A DNA stretch of 41,705 nt from Jimgerdemannia flammicorona (GCA_003990765.1 RBNJ01000102.1:1-41705); one strand, 5' to 3'; counted from the first letter of the stretch, positions 12,090 to 24,809 are shown. The notes: generated from the sequence alone by a model not told the origin. Numbers and translations are program-made.

Positions 12090-14475
12090 CTAGAATGTCA
12101 TCAGAATAGATATATATCTGATATTCAAGAGCTGTTCTAGATACAGTCCTTAGTTATCTTATCTGGCCTCTCAATAATGTATCTCTGCTCTAGATTATAA
12201 CTGCAAAATTTGTATCCAGATATACTCAGATCACCCAGATATCTCCTACAATTTTTGATGTAATCAGTATTATACATACTAGATAGTTTTATATCATTCT
12301 TATTATTGTTACTATTACTTCTGCTCAATCTACTGAGAGTGAGTATATAGTATACTATTTCTTTAATATATCTGAAAATTCTCTTAATAGTACTCTAATA
12401 TAAATTATTATAATATAATGAGCACTATATCATCTTATTTATAATATATGAAATTTTAGACCTTATTTCTAGCATGAGATATATGAGAGAACTAACTGCT
12501 TATTAATAGTGAATATTGATATAGTTTTTCTCTAGCATAGTATCAGACTTTTTTAATTTTATCAAAGTTCCTATAGAGGTATTTACTGGTTTGCATTTAC
12601 TTATATTGAATTATTCAAGGATGATATAGATATAAGTTAACTGTGAGAGGTGTATTATATGTACTTTAGTTATATATAATAGATATCTCAAAAAAGAAGA
12701 ATGAATTACCCATATTAGTCATTTTGAATTTCTTATATTAACTCTATTAAGCTTGTTTTTGTCATAATAATAATAATATCATCTATCTATACATCTTTTA
12801 ATGCTACTCTATTGGTATAGTATTGAACATATATGCAATTATCTGCTTTAGAGTATATAAAGCTATTATTAAGAAGATATTTATTGATTTTTCTATTCCA
12901 CAAATAGACTACTTACTTAATATCATTTAATTATTTGCATAGTTTATATACTAGGTTATTCTGATCATATTCTTATAGCTGGTAAACATATAGAGCTATA
13001 TATATCTATATTGCTATTAAGAAAAGCCAACTTTATATCTATCTAATAGATTTCCAGATTATGTATAATACTGACTGCAAAAAGTATTCTTAGTAAAGTA
13101 AGCTTGAATATTAGTAAAAATATCTCACCATAGTCTATACTGTAATATTGCAAATAATTCTTAGCAATGAAATAAGCTTTATACTATTCTATACTTCTAT
13201 CACTTTTGTACTTAATTTTATAGACCCAATGTAATTTTATAATTTATTAATTGATCAGAAGAGATACTAGATTCTATATACTATTTCAATAAGTAAATTA
13301 TACTCTTTATCTATGGTTATCTTCTATCTCTTGTTGTCAGGGAAAGTTATTACTTTATTATATATGCTTAGTTCACTAGAAGTTATAATAAATATATATT
13401 CATATGTCTTAGCATATATAGCTCATGTGGTCTTTACATTAAGATATCTTTTGTATATTCTAATAACTCTCTAAATTGATATAAGTCTTATTTCTGAGCT
13501 TATGCTTTAGCTTTTCCTTACTCTTGATAGACCCTTTATCATTAATCTCATTATCCTTAATCTTCATTATCCTTGACTCAGATAACTCTGGCTCAGATAC
13601 ATATATATAGTAGTTAAAAATAATTTTACTTTATCAGAGTAATTGGTATTGAATGTTATACTGGCTAAGATATAGATATTAAAGTAAAGATTGAAATAGA
13701 GATTGAAGTAGAGATTATAGTAAAGATTCTGATAAGTATATCTATATAGGGTTTCAGATTTTTTTTTTTATTAAACTATACATTATGTGAGATTACTATA
13801 CAATATTTGCATGAATCTCAAAGTTAATACATCTTATCAGAATACACAAGAAATATATGCTTACTAGCTTTTAGCTCAAACTTGTACTAATTGGCATTAC
13901 TCTTATCAAGAATATATATATTATATATAAATATATATAAATATAATATATCTGATTTTATTCTACTCTGTAACTCTTCAGAAGTAAGATTATGTATGAT
14001 TGTTCCTGGAATACTTATTATTATTATTGCTAGATTTTTTATTTAATACTTAAGATATATATTAGTTATATATATATACTACTATATTAATAGTCTCAGT
14101 CTAATAAGAATATGATAATCTGGCTATATTGATTATTGTATATGCTATTTCCATGGCTATACAGTTAAATCACTTAGTTACACTATTCTGCTATACATAG
14201 TATTTATAATACTATTGTCTAATGATATATATCATATTTCCTCAGATACTACTTAAAAATATTATAGATATATTTATATCTATTATCTGAGTATATAGTA
14301 TATATTTTACATTCTGTTTTATTCTCTGTAATCACTTTGAATACTTTGAATTTCTCCAAAACTTTGTTCTTTATTAACAAGAAGTATATATATATTTTAT
14401 ACATATAATCATTAATAAATATAACAAAATATCTCTTTCCATTATAAGAAGTAGTATATATTAGACTATATATAT
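12090..14475 (-). pseudogene. Old Ty1/Copia element, segment 3: integrase core, RT and start of RNase H
   Basis: IYSLIYTTSYNGKRYFVIFINDY...KVLEKFKVFKVITENKTECKIYTIYSDN matches the Copia rve pattern. YNTDY...DLSISGYKF resembles YSDADWAG...KSTSGYVF. Domain order is IN before RT. Confidence 0.85.
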
Positions 14476-15879
14476 TGTAATAGACCAAAACGTACCACCT
14501 GAATTATAACTTAGCCAGATGACATGAACAATTAGCATACTTACTCAGCATGATGTGACTTCCAGTGTATCATAGTTACCCATGCCTGCCATACTTATAA
14601 TTAGTCAAAGACACCAGATCAGGATTATTTACTTATGTCCTGAGGACACACTCATATCCTGCAGACACACTTATGTCCTGCAGACACACTCATGTCCTGC
14701 AGATACACTCATGTCCTGTGGACACACTCATGTCCTGTAGATACACCTGTACCTAGAGAACACACCCAAACATTACCAGAGATAGCAAATCTATAGTTAG
14801 CCACATAGTAACCAGATAGCAACCAACTTGTATAAATTACTCCAGAGATGAGAGTGAATAAACCTCAGTCCAAAATACAAATACCAAAGAAGCCTCTAAA
14901 GATTGAGCATTGGTCTCCTTTCCACTCTGGTCTACTTTCTGATACAAAGATTGATTGGTTCGCTTGCCAGATAAGCCTGAAGATTTGCCACCTAAGTTCA
15001 AGAAGAACTTTGCCACCTTTTGAGTAACCCACCACTTAAAAAATAAGCTGCCATTTCTAAGTTATCCTCTGCCTTCCCAAGAAAGCCGCCTTGCTTAAGC
15101 CAGTTTCTGATGCAACTTCATAGTGATTTGTCATGCAAATGAAGCCAGTCTTTGATGTAACTTTGCCAAGAGACCCTTTTCCAAAGAATGCCATCAGTAG
15201 TTCATATTCCCAGTTGAAGCCGCCAATTTAGAAGAATCTGCACCACCCAAGTTATTTCTCAGAAGCCTGCTGATTCAGGAAGAATCTGCATCATCTGCTG
15301 TTTTCGAGTTATCCACCGCATTCCCAGAAGAACCCTGCCAATTCAGGAAGAATCCATGTCATCCGAGTTACCCGAGTTATTGAATTATCTGCCTCCTGTG
15401 ACATCCAAGTTATTTGTCATTCTTAGTGAGCCTGTTATGGAAGAATCCATGCCATACAATTCCCAGTGAGCCAAATCGAGTCATCTGCCAGAAATCGCAT
15501 ATTCTTGGAGACTGTTGTGTTACACAGAGATCATCATGCAGAAACTGCATAAGGAGAACTGCTAAATTGCTGGATTGTCATGCAGAAATCAGAGATCATC
15601 ACCCAAGAAGGAAACTGCTCATGCTACATACAAATTCTGCCATTCCCAGTTGACCCAAGAAGGAAACCCATTCACACAAACTGCCGCTACAGCTAGAGAA
15701 CTGTCCCAATAAGGAAACCACTCACAGATATCCAGCTTTGACTATTATACTGCTAAACACCAAGGACCTCAGGAATCTTAGAACATTTTGTTGCTTTTTA
15801 ACAAAGTAACTGGGGGCTCAAGCCAAACTACATCAACCTCCAACCTTGTAATTTGCCTCCATTGAGCCAGCATGTTACA
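14476..15879 (+). repeat. 5' LTR of Gypsy-A (1404 bp; five 19-bp repeat units)
   Basis: tgtaatagacc...catgttaca, with a TATA-like tataaa followed by aataaa. Confidence 0.95.
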
Positions 15880-15881
15880 TT

Positions 15882-15899
15882 TGGGGGCTCAACTGGGAA
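15882..15899 (+). promoter_or_regulatory. Primer-binding site, tRNA-Pro-like
   Basis: TGGGGGCTCAACTGGGAA starts 2 nt after the LTR. The canonical tRNA-Pro PBS is TGGGGGCTCGTCCGGGAT, and two of the mismatches fall at CpG sites. Confidence 0.75.
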
Positions 15900-15913
15900 G
15901 ATTTTAAAAATCA

Positions 15914-18900
15914 ATGTGACTTTTCAGCTCACAAGAACCCACAGTCAAACTGGATACATTTGATATAACACCAATCTCTGCCACTACAGGAGAACCAGTC
16001 ATCACTAGCATTTGGATAGGAAGAGAAGTAATTACCTCAAGACTTGCCAACTACCCAGCATCAGAAGGATCCCAACCAGAAGCAGGAGGCAGTATAGCCT
16101 GAAATCACCAACCAGATCAACCAGATCAACCAGACAATATAGACAGTCCTGCTAGAGATTTTGGAGAACTTGCACAAGAACTAGAAGATTTTATTACCCG
16201 GACCCAACATTTTACAGCCAGATACCCCACACCAGTCCCACCAATCTCACCAATAGAACCCCTACCACAACCCCTTGCAGAACCAGAAGTAGCTCCTACA
16301 AGAATACCTAGGCCTATTCTACCTCACCCAAGGACCAGAACACCATCCTCAAGATACCCAAGCACCCCTGTCTCTAGTGACAGTTCAGAAAGTGAATCAG
16401 AATCAGAATCTGAACCTGAACCAGAATTAGAAGAAAGTGATGATGAAATGGCCACCTCATTGCCAACCTTTGCAGGATATCTAGAGGAGGACCCCAGAGA
16501 ATTCCTTGATGGAATTGAAGGAATTGCAGCCTTGAGAAACCTCTCAGATGAAAGAAAAATCACCATCTATAAAGCCCAGCTTAGAGAACCAGCTAGAGGA
16601 ATTTTCCACCAAATAGCAAACAACCCAGATTCAGAATTGGTAAGACAGATACAAGTGGCATTCTCTGATGAGCTAGAGTATGAGGCCATGGTCCATTGGC
16701 TCATTGAAAAATATGCAGGAAATGAAACCTGCCACAAGGCTCAGGAATCTATCATGGGAATGAAGATGAATCTTGGAGAATCACCCAGAGCCTTCTTCAC
16801 AAGAATCCAGAAGAGAATGCATTCTGCTAGATTCAATGCCACCAACCAAGACATCATAGGTCCAATGACCTTCATGAATGGAATTCCTCTGAATATTGCC
16901 CAGCATGTCCACACCTTAGGCATCAGAAGGTCTGAAGAACAAGTAGATGCAGCCCAAGGATTCTTTGATGTCAGGCAAGGAACCACCTGGAGTGATCATG
17001 ATAAAAAGGAAGATAAAGAAGATATCCTGGTCAAGGCCCTGCAAGGACTCCTTCAAGAACAAGAAAGATCTGAAGAAAGGAGGCCAGCCAAGGAAGGAAA
17101 GAAGGACAGAAGTGAAATTCAAGATCTCAGCTCCAAGTTAGACCGATTGATTGGCCAGATTGAAAAACTCACTACATGTGAAAATCAGAGCTACCAAGAC
17201 AACAGAGGATACCCACCACAGAGGAGCCAAGGTTATCCACCAAGAGATAACAGGAATTACCACCAAGAAGAAAGAAGGTACCCTGTCTAAGACAGAGCCC
17301 AAGTCCAATGCTTCCACTGTGGACAATTCAGACACTATGCTACTGAATGTGACAACAAAAGAAGTGACCGAAGGGACTCGGAACCACCAAACCGAAGGAA
17401 TGACACTCAGTACAAGAAGACTGAAGCCCATCCTGTTGAAGATTTTGAAGAAGCAAGCAACAGTGAAGACTACAGTGACCTAGACTTGTACCCCACTAAG
17501 GTTACAACCTGGAAAACAGTCTATCCAGCAGAGAAAAGAAAGAGACCCATAGGAAGACCATCCAGGAACACCAGCAGAAGAATTATCCAAGAAGAGGATG
17601 AAGAACATGAGGAGGAACAAGTAGAAACACCTCCCCAAACCCTCTCACCTTTCATCCCTGAGATAAATGAGTTGCCACCAGAAGATGAAGAAATAGAACA
17701 AGAAGAATGGGAGCCTGCTGCTCCAAAGCCTAAGAAGAAGTACACTCCAAAGACCATGCCTAGAGATATTTACAATGAAGTCTGGCAAAAGATTCAAGAA
17801 GCTAAGATAGAAATCTCTCTCCTGCAGTTCTTGCAACTGACACCAGCTAGAGTCTAAAACAAATTGCTGAGAACCACCAGGTCTAGCACTGGCCGAGTTC
17901 CAATCCCACAGCAAGAACCAGCCTCCATCTCTGTCCAAGCAGCCAAAAGACATGTCAGCACCTACTTACATGGGGACATTGGGGGACAAAAAGCAAAAAT
18001 TCTCATAGATATAGGAGCAGCTGTCTGTGTCATTGCCAAATGATTCCTGGACACCCTCCAATGGCCCATTGATGGACCATCCAACCTCAGCATCATAGTA
18101 GCAGATGGAGCCCGAACACAACCCCTTAGAGAAGTATGAAATATCACCATCTCCCTTGGACATATTCAGTTCTCCATCTCCAAAGCTGTTGTCACCGAAG
18201 CTGTCACCTATGACATGATTCTTGGCACCAACTGGATGAAGGAAATGAATGTAGTTGTTGATATCAGCCAACAAGTACTCAAGTTTGACTACTGAGGCAA
18301 GAAGTATAGAGTTAAGGTGACCAGCTACAAGCAATCAAAGAAGAAGAAGAAGGTCACTATTCAGGAAGAATATGCCATCAGTGAAGAATCTATCATAGAA
18401 GAAGAAGAAGAATCTGAAGATGGAAATGATCCCAGACTCAATCTCCAAATTAACCTGGTGGATGACAGACCAGAAGACAATGTGTGGGCTAAGAACACCA
18501 TCCCCATCACCATTAGAGCCATTGCAGGAGAAGCCAAAGGATGCCCCACATGCCTCAAGAGACACAAGTGTCCCGAGCACTCCTCCAAGATCATGGGAAC
18601 AAGGAAATCACCTGGTCAGAATGCAGAAGAAAGAAGAAGAAATGCAGACATGTTCCAGAAACACCTGCAACCAAAGCTGCAGAAGTACAAGTAATTTGGG
18701 GTCAAGAATCATCTGAGGAAGAAGAAACTTCTGACCAAGAAGTTCCTAAACAAGAAGCACCTGATGAAGAAGAAGTCCCTGAACTCATCTCCTGGGATGA
18801 CCCTCGCTGGATACCACCTGAAGACAATGACCCCTAGAATACAGAGGAAGGACCCAGTACCATCACCATTATCCCCAAGAAAGAAACCCACTAAGAGAAA

Positions 18901-21851
18901 GCTTTCTGGCTAGGAAGATGTCCACATCAAATGGTCTTCCACTCTCCCTGAGACTACTGCTATCAGTGTCATCTGTTGGACCAACAAGAAAGATAGAGAC
19001 CCCAGAGACCAGAACCCCCAACTACTCTTGCACAGTCTACCATCTTTCAAGAAGTCACCACAAGGTTACAAAGTCGATTTAGAGGACAAGGCTTCTTTAC
19101 CCGAACAGAAATATACCCCTTGTCTACCCTTCCCCCAACCTATGATCAAGATGGGTACCGATTCCCAAGATAACAAGAGATAAATAGCCAGGAACATCAT
19201 TTCCAAGCAATGGGATATTGCAACCATGGGAGACACCCTGATTGCTGAGACTGCAGACATCAGAAGATTCACCTCAGTCATGATGTTGCAGTGCATACCT
19301 TGAAGAAAGGAGATAACTGAAGCTAGATCCAAAAAAGTCAGATTCGAAAAAGCCAGACCAAAAAGACTGAAAAAAGAATCCTCAAGATCTACAATTTAGA
19401 AGAAGACATCCTAGCTCTCATCAGACATGTAATCTACCAAGGATGGGCAGAAGATGCAACCAACTTCATGGAAGCCCTTGACCCTATAGGAAGGAGGGGA
19501 ATCAATTACCTCCAAGACCCCTCTGCTGGAGCCAGATGGCCACACCTCAACCTTAGAGCCTGGAGGCTTTCTGCTAGAGGAGCTTCAGCCTTAGGAAAGC
19601 CTGAACTCAGTAAGGACATTGCCCAGTATGCCCTGCTGCACCCTAAGGCCAAACCCCCAACCAAAGCCCACCCAGAGGATGTAGAATATGATCTTCACAG
19701 CCTGGAGGATGAATCTATCAAGCCTGGAAAAACCTTTATGGTCAGAACTGAATTAGCCATGCAGCCACCTCAAGGAGCTTATATTCAACTGACCTCAAGG
19801 TCCGGACTTGCCAGACAAGGGATAACTGTAGAAGGAGGAACCATTGACCCTGGATATATAGGTGAAATCAAGGTTATCCTACACAACAACAGTGCAGAAT
19901 GGCACCGAATCATTAGAGGACAGAAGATTGCCCAAGCAGTCTTCATGAAGGTCAAGACCCCACAGTTACAGAAAGTCTCTGAACTAACCAAAGGAACAAG
20001 ACAAGCCAAGGGATTTGGAAGTTCAGACAGGAAAGAGGTACATCTCCTTCAAGTCAACCACCTCAAGAGGAATGTTCCCCAGTAAGTATACCAGCAATCA
20101 GTCAGACTGCACAAGAATCTCATCCTGGAGTCTGGAGAACAAACTACCTTTGAAATATTTGCACCACCTGACCCCAGGAACCATTTCTTTGAACCCAAGG
20201 AAGACATCCTACACCTGGACATAGAGGGACATACATTCCCTGACAAGATGAACCCAGTATACTCCCGAGCAACCAACCAAAGTTGGGAGACCATCATCCT
20301 GCCAAAAGGAACCATCATAGGACATCTGGTGCCTTTTCTCAACTGAACTCATAGGGAAGTTTATGAACTAAACCTATCAGGAAATAGCAAAAGGTCCCAG
20401 AAGAAAGGAAAGGCCCCTCTGCGACCCAGGAGACAGTGAAGCCTTCCACTAACATTGGAGAAGAACTGACACCTCAACAACAGCAACAACTAGTAGAACT
20501 TCTCAACAAATATTAAGATATCTTCACCACTGATTATGGCAACCTACCATATAACCCATCATATCACCACAGCATAAATACAGGAAATGCAACACCCATC
20601 CAGCAGAAACCCTATAGAATACCCCATCACTTGAAAACATTTGAAAAGGAGCACATCCAAGAACTCTTAGACAATGGAGTCATCCGACCCTCTACCAGTC
20701 CCTGGGCCAGCCCTATACTTATTGTACCAAAGAAAGGAGAATGGAGACTCTGCGTGGATTACAGAAAACTCAACTCAGTTACTGAAAAGGATGCTTATCC
20801 TTTACCTAGAATCGATGACCTTTTGGACTAGTTACAAGATGTCAGATACTTCAGCAGTATGGACCTCTTCACAGAATTCCATGAGATCCCCATAGACCCT
20901 AAGGACATTCAAAAGACAGCCTTCCTTGCTTTAGGAAAACTGTTTGAATACCTCCAAATGCCCTTTGGACTCTGCAATGCACCCCCTACCTTTCAGAGGA
21001 TGATGAATTCAGTCTATACCCCCTTGATCCACCACTGTCTGATTGTATACATGGATGATTCCAACATCTATTCAGCAAATTTCGAAGAACACCTGCACCA
21101 CCTAGAGGAATTCTTCAAGCTCACCTGCAAGAATCACTTGAGACTAAATGCAAAGAAATGCTACTTTGGAAAACAGAAACTCAAATTTCTGGAATTCATG
21201 GTTTCAAAAGAAGGAACTCATGCAGATCTAAAGAAAACTGAGAAGATCAACAATTGGCTGGTACCCAAGACTCCAAAGGAAACACTATCATTCTTGATGC
21301 TAGTATCCTACTACAGAAGGTTTATCAAAGATTTTGCTCAAATTGCTGCCCCAATCTGAATCCTTCTCAAGAAAGGCGTACCATTCAAATAGATGGAATC
21401 ACAAGAAAAAGCCTTCACAGAACTCAAGAACTGCATGACTATAGCACCAATCCTTGTGCATCCCAATCTACAGAAGCCATTCATCTTGTATACAGATGCT
21501 TCTAAAGATGGCCTCGGGGTAGTACTGTCCCAAGAAGGACCTGACCAATAGCACCATGTGATAGCTTATGCAAGCAGAGCTATCAATCAGTAGCAAATGA
21601 ACTATGGTAGCACTAAACTGGAATGTCTTGCAGTCATATGGGTGGTCACCCTGTTCAAGCATTATTTTATTGGAAAAAGGTTCTCCTTGATCACAGACCA
21701 TACAGCCCTCAAATGGTTATTCAACCACAAGGAACCAGCCGGAATCCTAGCTCGCTGGATCCTTATCCTTCAGGATTACAAAATCACTATTATTCACAAA
21801 GCAGGGAAAGCCCATGACAATGTTGATGTACTTTCCCGCCAGCCCCAATGA
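15914..21851 (+). pseudogene. Gypsy-A gag-pol (gag, CCHC knuckle, protease, dUTPase, RT, RNase H) with stops and frameshifts
   Basis: LPTFAGYLEEDPREFL (gag); CFHCGQFRHYATEC; ILIDIGAAVCVI (PR); [34 protein letters not shown] and YMDD (RT); LYTDASK, ECLAVIW and TDHTALKW (RH). Confidence 0.93.
19620..20030 (+). other. dUTPase domain within the Gypsy-A polyprotein
   Basis: All five motifs: EYDL, SRSGLA, GGTIDPGYIGEIKV, IAQAV and RQAKGFGSS. Confidence 0.93.
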
Positions 21852-22927
21852 ATCAGAAGAAGGGTGTCTCGAGGAACCACACCCTAAAGGAAGCTCCTCA
21901 GACTATCAAAGCACAAGAAGATCTCATCTGAAAAGAACATCAGAAAGCCCACCAAGGACAGACAAGTATAGAAGACAGGATTCAAAAACAATATCAACAT
22001 TGGCCCCACCTCAGAACTCAAGTCCAGGACATTATTCAGAAATGTGATATCTGCCAGAAGTACCAAGGAAAGAAGAACTATCAAGCCCCTCTGCAACCGA
22101 TTCCCCCACCCACTCATATCTTTCAAAGATGAGGAGTAGATGTAATTGGACCTCTACCAGTTACATCAAGAAGAAACAAATACATTCTTATATTTGTAGA
22201 ACATCTGACCAAGTGGCCCGAGGCTTTCCCAATGAAAATCACAGATGCCTTAACCATTGTAGGCCTCCTCCATAGTCTTACACTCAGATATAGACCTCTA
22301 GAAGAACTCATCTCTGACCGAGGCATGGAATTCATCAACAACATAATCACAAGTTATGCCCAAATTCACAAGATCCACCTCAAAAGGACCACATCATACC
22401 ACCCTCAGACCAATGGCATGACAGAGAGAATGAACCAGACCATCAAGAAAGAACTTGCCCAAGTCAATCCTATTAATTGGGACCTCTGCTTACCTGAGAT
22501 CCTATGGGAAATTCGGAACACCCCTGCTACATCCACCAAACAAAAGCCATTTGAAATGATGTTTACCAAGAGAACCAGAACTACTGATTATGAGAATCTT
22601 GGAGATCTCCTCAAGAAGGCAGAACAGTTATGAAATCAAGCCCAAGGACAGATTATCAAAGCCCAGGAAAGACAAAAGAAGTACTATAATCAAAAACAGA
22701 AGGATCAGGAGATCAAGATTGGAGATCAAGTTCTAGTTTGGAGAAGCATGATTGAGACAAACTTTGCTACCAAACTGGAACTGAAATGGGAAGGATCTTA
22801 TCTTGTACACAACATCAGAGGAACCAGCATCTATTTAAGAAGTATGGAAGGATGAACCCTGAGAACACCAGTATACATCAATTGCCTCAAGATATACTTC
22901 TCCTCACACCATGAATCAGAGAATTGA
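21848..22927 (+). pseudogene. Gypsy-A integrase in its own ORF (ATG overlaps the RNase H stop as ATGA)
   Basis: EHQKAHQG...CDICQK (HHCC), GVDVIGPLP, ISDRGMEF, YHPQTNGMTER and KWEGSY. One 360-codon frame with internal stops; no chromodomain seen. Confidence 0.88.
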
Positions 22928-23423
22928 CAACCACCTCTAAACTCTTGTTCTCAGTTCCCTCCAAGCCCTACCAGTTCCCCTGCCTCAGTTCCAGGAATCC
23001 AATGGAACACATCTTCAGAAAATCCGAGTTCATCAAGAGAACCTCACTTTGGCTGAGAGGCTACTCCAGGTCCACCAGCTGCAGACATATTATGCAATTA
23101 GAGAATAGTTGCAGAATCTTCCTCTCCAAGACCTAGCCTATGTCTAAAACACCACTGGCCTGAACAGAAGGAATACTACTGCTGCAGACAGACTATACAC
23201 AATATATAAATGAAATCCTTCTGTCTTAATCCAGACCCAGTTTTCTCTGAATGATCTCCAAAGGATGACACTGCCCACCTACCTCAGCATTATTCACCAA
23301 GTAGAGATCCTATTTCCTGAGGAAGAAGAAGAGCCCCTGGAATGGAGTGACTGTAGCTCAGATGATGATGATGGAACAGGTATAGATGCAGAAGCTGCTT
23401 ATGCCTATTGGGATGATGACTGA
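22911..23423 (+). pseudogene. Unknown accessory ORF-X of Gypsy-A (170 aa if four C>T stops are reverted)
   Basis: The ATG overlaps the end of integrase. It reads ...LQTYYAIRE*L...TTAADRLYTIYK*NPSVLIQTQFSLNDLQRM... with an acidic tail, and resembles ORF-X of Gypsy-B. Confidence 0.7.
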
Positions 23424-23450
23424 AGAATAGTCTGGGACAGACTACCCTTT

Positions 23451-23462
23451 AGTGGGGGCTGA
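23451..23462 (+). promoter_or_regulatory. Polypurine-tract region of Gypsy-A
   Basis: agtgggggctga lies immediately before the 3' LTR. Confidence 0.6.
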
Positions 23463-24809
23463 TGTAACAGACCAAAACGTACCACCTGAATTATAACTTA
23501 GCCAGATGATGTGAACAATTAGCATACTTACTCAGCATGATGTGACTTCTAGTGTATCATAGTTACCCATGCCTGCCACACTTATAATTAGTCAAAGACA
23601 CTAAATCAGGATTATTTACTTGTATCCTAAGGACACACTCATGTCCTGCAGACACACTCATATCCTGTGGACACACCTGTACCCAGAGAACACACCCAAA
23701 CATTACCAGAGATAGCAAATCTATAGTTAGCCACATAGTAACCAGATAGCAACCAACTTGTATAAATTACCCCAGAGACAAGAGTGAATAAACCTCAGTC
23801 CGAAATACAAACACCAAAGAAGCCTCTAAAGATTGAGCATTGGTCCCCTTTCCACTTCGGTCCACTTTCCAATACAAAGATTGATTGGTTTGCTTGCCAG
23901 ATAAGCCTGAAGATTTGCTGCCTAAGTTCAAGAAGAACTTTGCCACCTTTTGAGTAACCTGCTGCTTAAGGAATAAGCCACTATTTCCAAGTTATCCTCC
24001 ACCTTCCCAAGAAAGCCACTTTGCTCAAGCCAGTTTCTGACACAACTTCGCAGTGATTTGTCATGCAAACAAAGCTAGTCTTTAATGTAACTTTGCCAAG
24101 AGACCCTTTCCCAAAGAATGCCACCAGTAGTTTGTATTTCTAGTTGAAGCTGCTGATTTAGAAGAATCTGCACCACCTGAGTTATTTCCCAGAAGCCTGC
24201 CGATTTAGGAAGAATCTGTGTCATCTGTCATTTTCGAGTTATCTGCCATATTCCCAGAAGAACTCCACCAATTCAGGAAGAATCTGCATCATCCAAGTTA
24301 CCCAAGTTATTGAATTATCTGCCTCCCACAACATCCAAGTTATTTGTTATTCCCAGTGAGCCTGTTATGGAAAAATCCATGCCATACAATTCCCAGTGAG
24401 CCAAATTGAGTCATCTACCAGAAATCGTATATTCTTGGAGACTGTCATGTTACACAGAGATCATCATGCAGAAACTGCATAAAGAGAACTGCTAAATTAC
24501 TGGATTATCATGCAGAAATCAGAGATTGTCACCCAAGAAGGAAACTGCTCACACTATACATAAATTCTGCCATTCCCAGTTAACCCAAGAAAGAAACCCA
24601 TTCATACAAACTGCCACTATACCTAGAGAACTGTCCCAATAAGGAAACCACTTGTAGATATCCAGCTTTGACTATTATACCACTAAACACCAAGGACCTC
24701 AGGAATCTTAGAACATTTTGTTGCTTTTTAATAAAGTAACTAGGGGCTCAAGCCAAACTACATCAACCTCCAACCTTGTAATTTGCCTCCATTGAGCTGG
24801 CACATTACA
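23463..24809 (+). repeat. 3' LTR of Gypsy-A (1347 bp; two 19-bp repeat units)
   Basis: tgtaacagacc...cacattaca. It is 57 bp (3 x 19) shorter than the 5' LTR. Confidence 0.95.

Larger units (their letters stand above)
14476..24809 (+). mobile_element. Full-length Ty3/Gypsy LTR retrotransposon A (dUTPase-bearing) with a 4-bp TSD (ATAT)
   Basis: Paired TG...CA LTRs, PBS, PPT and gag-PR-dUT-RT-RH-IN order. ATAT lies at 14472-14475 and 24810-24813. Removing the element restores the Copia integrase peptide DLIHIDIYSL. Confidence 0.95.

Noticed and set aside
19468-20085. Stand-alone host dUTPase gene
   Set aside because: It lies between PR and RT inside an LTR-bounded element, and the ORF limits are set by decay stops.
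22911-23423. env gene or chromodomain after integrase
   Set aside because: No signal peptide, transmembrane helix or chromodomain aromatic-cage motif; kept as unknown ORF-X.
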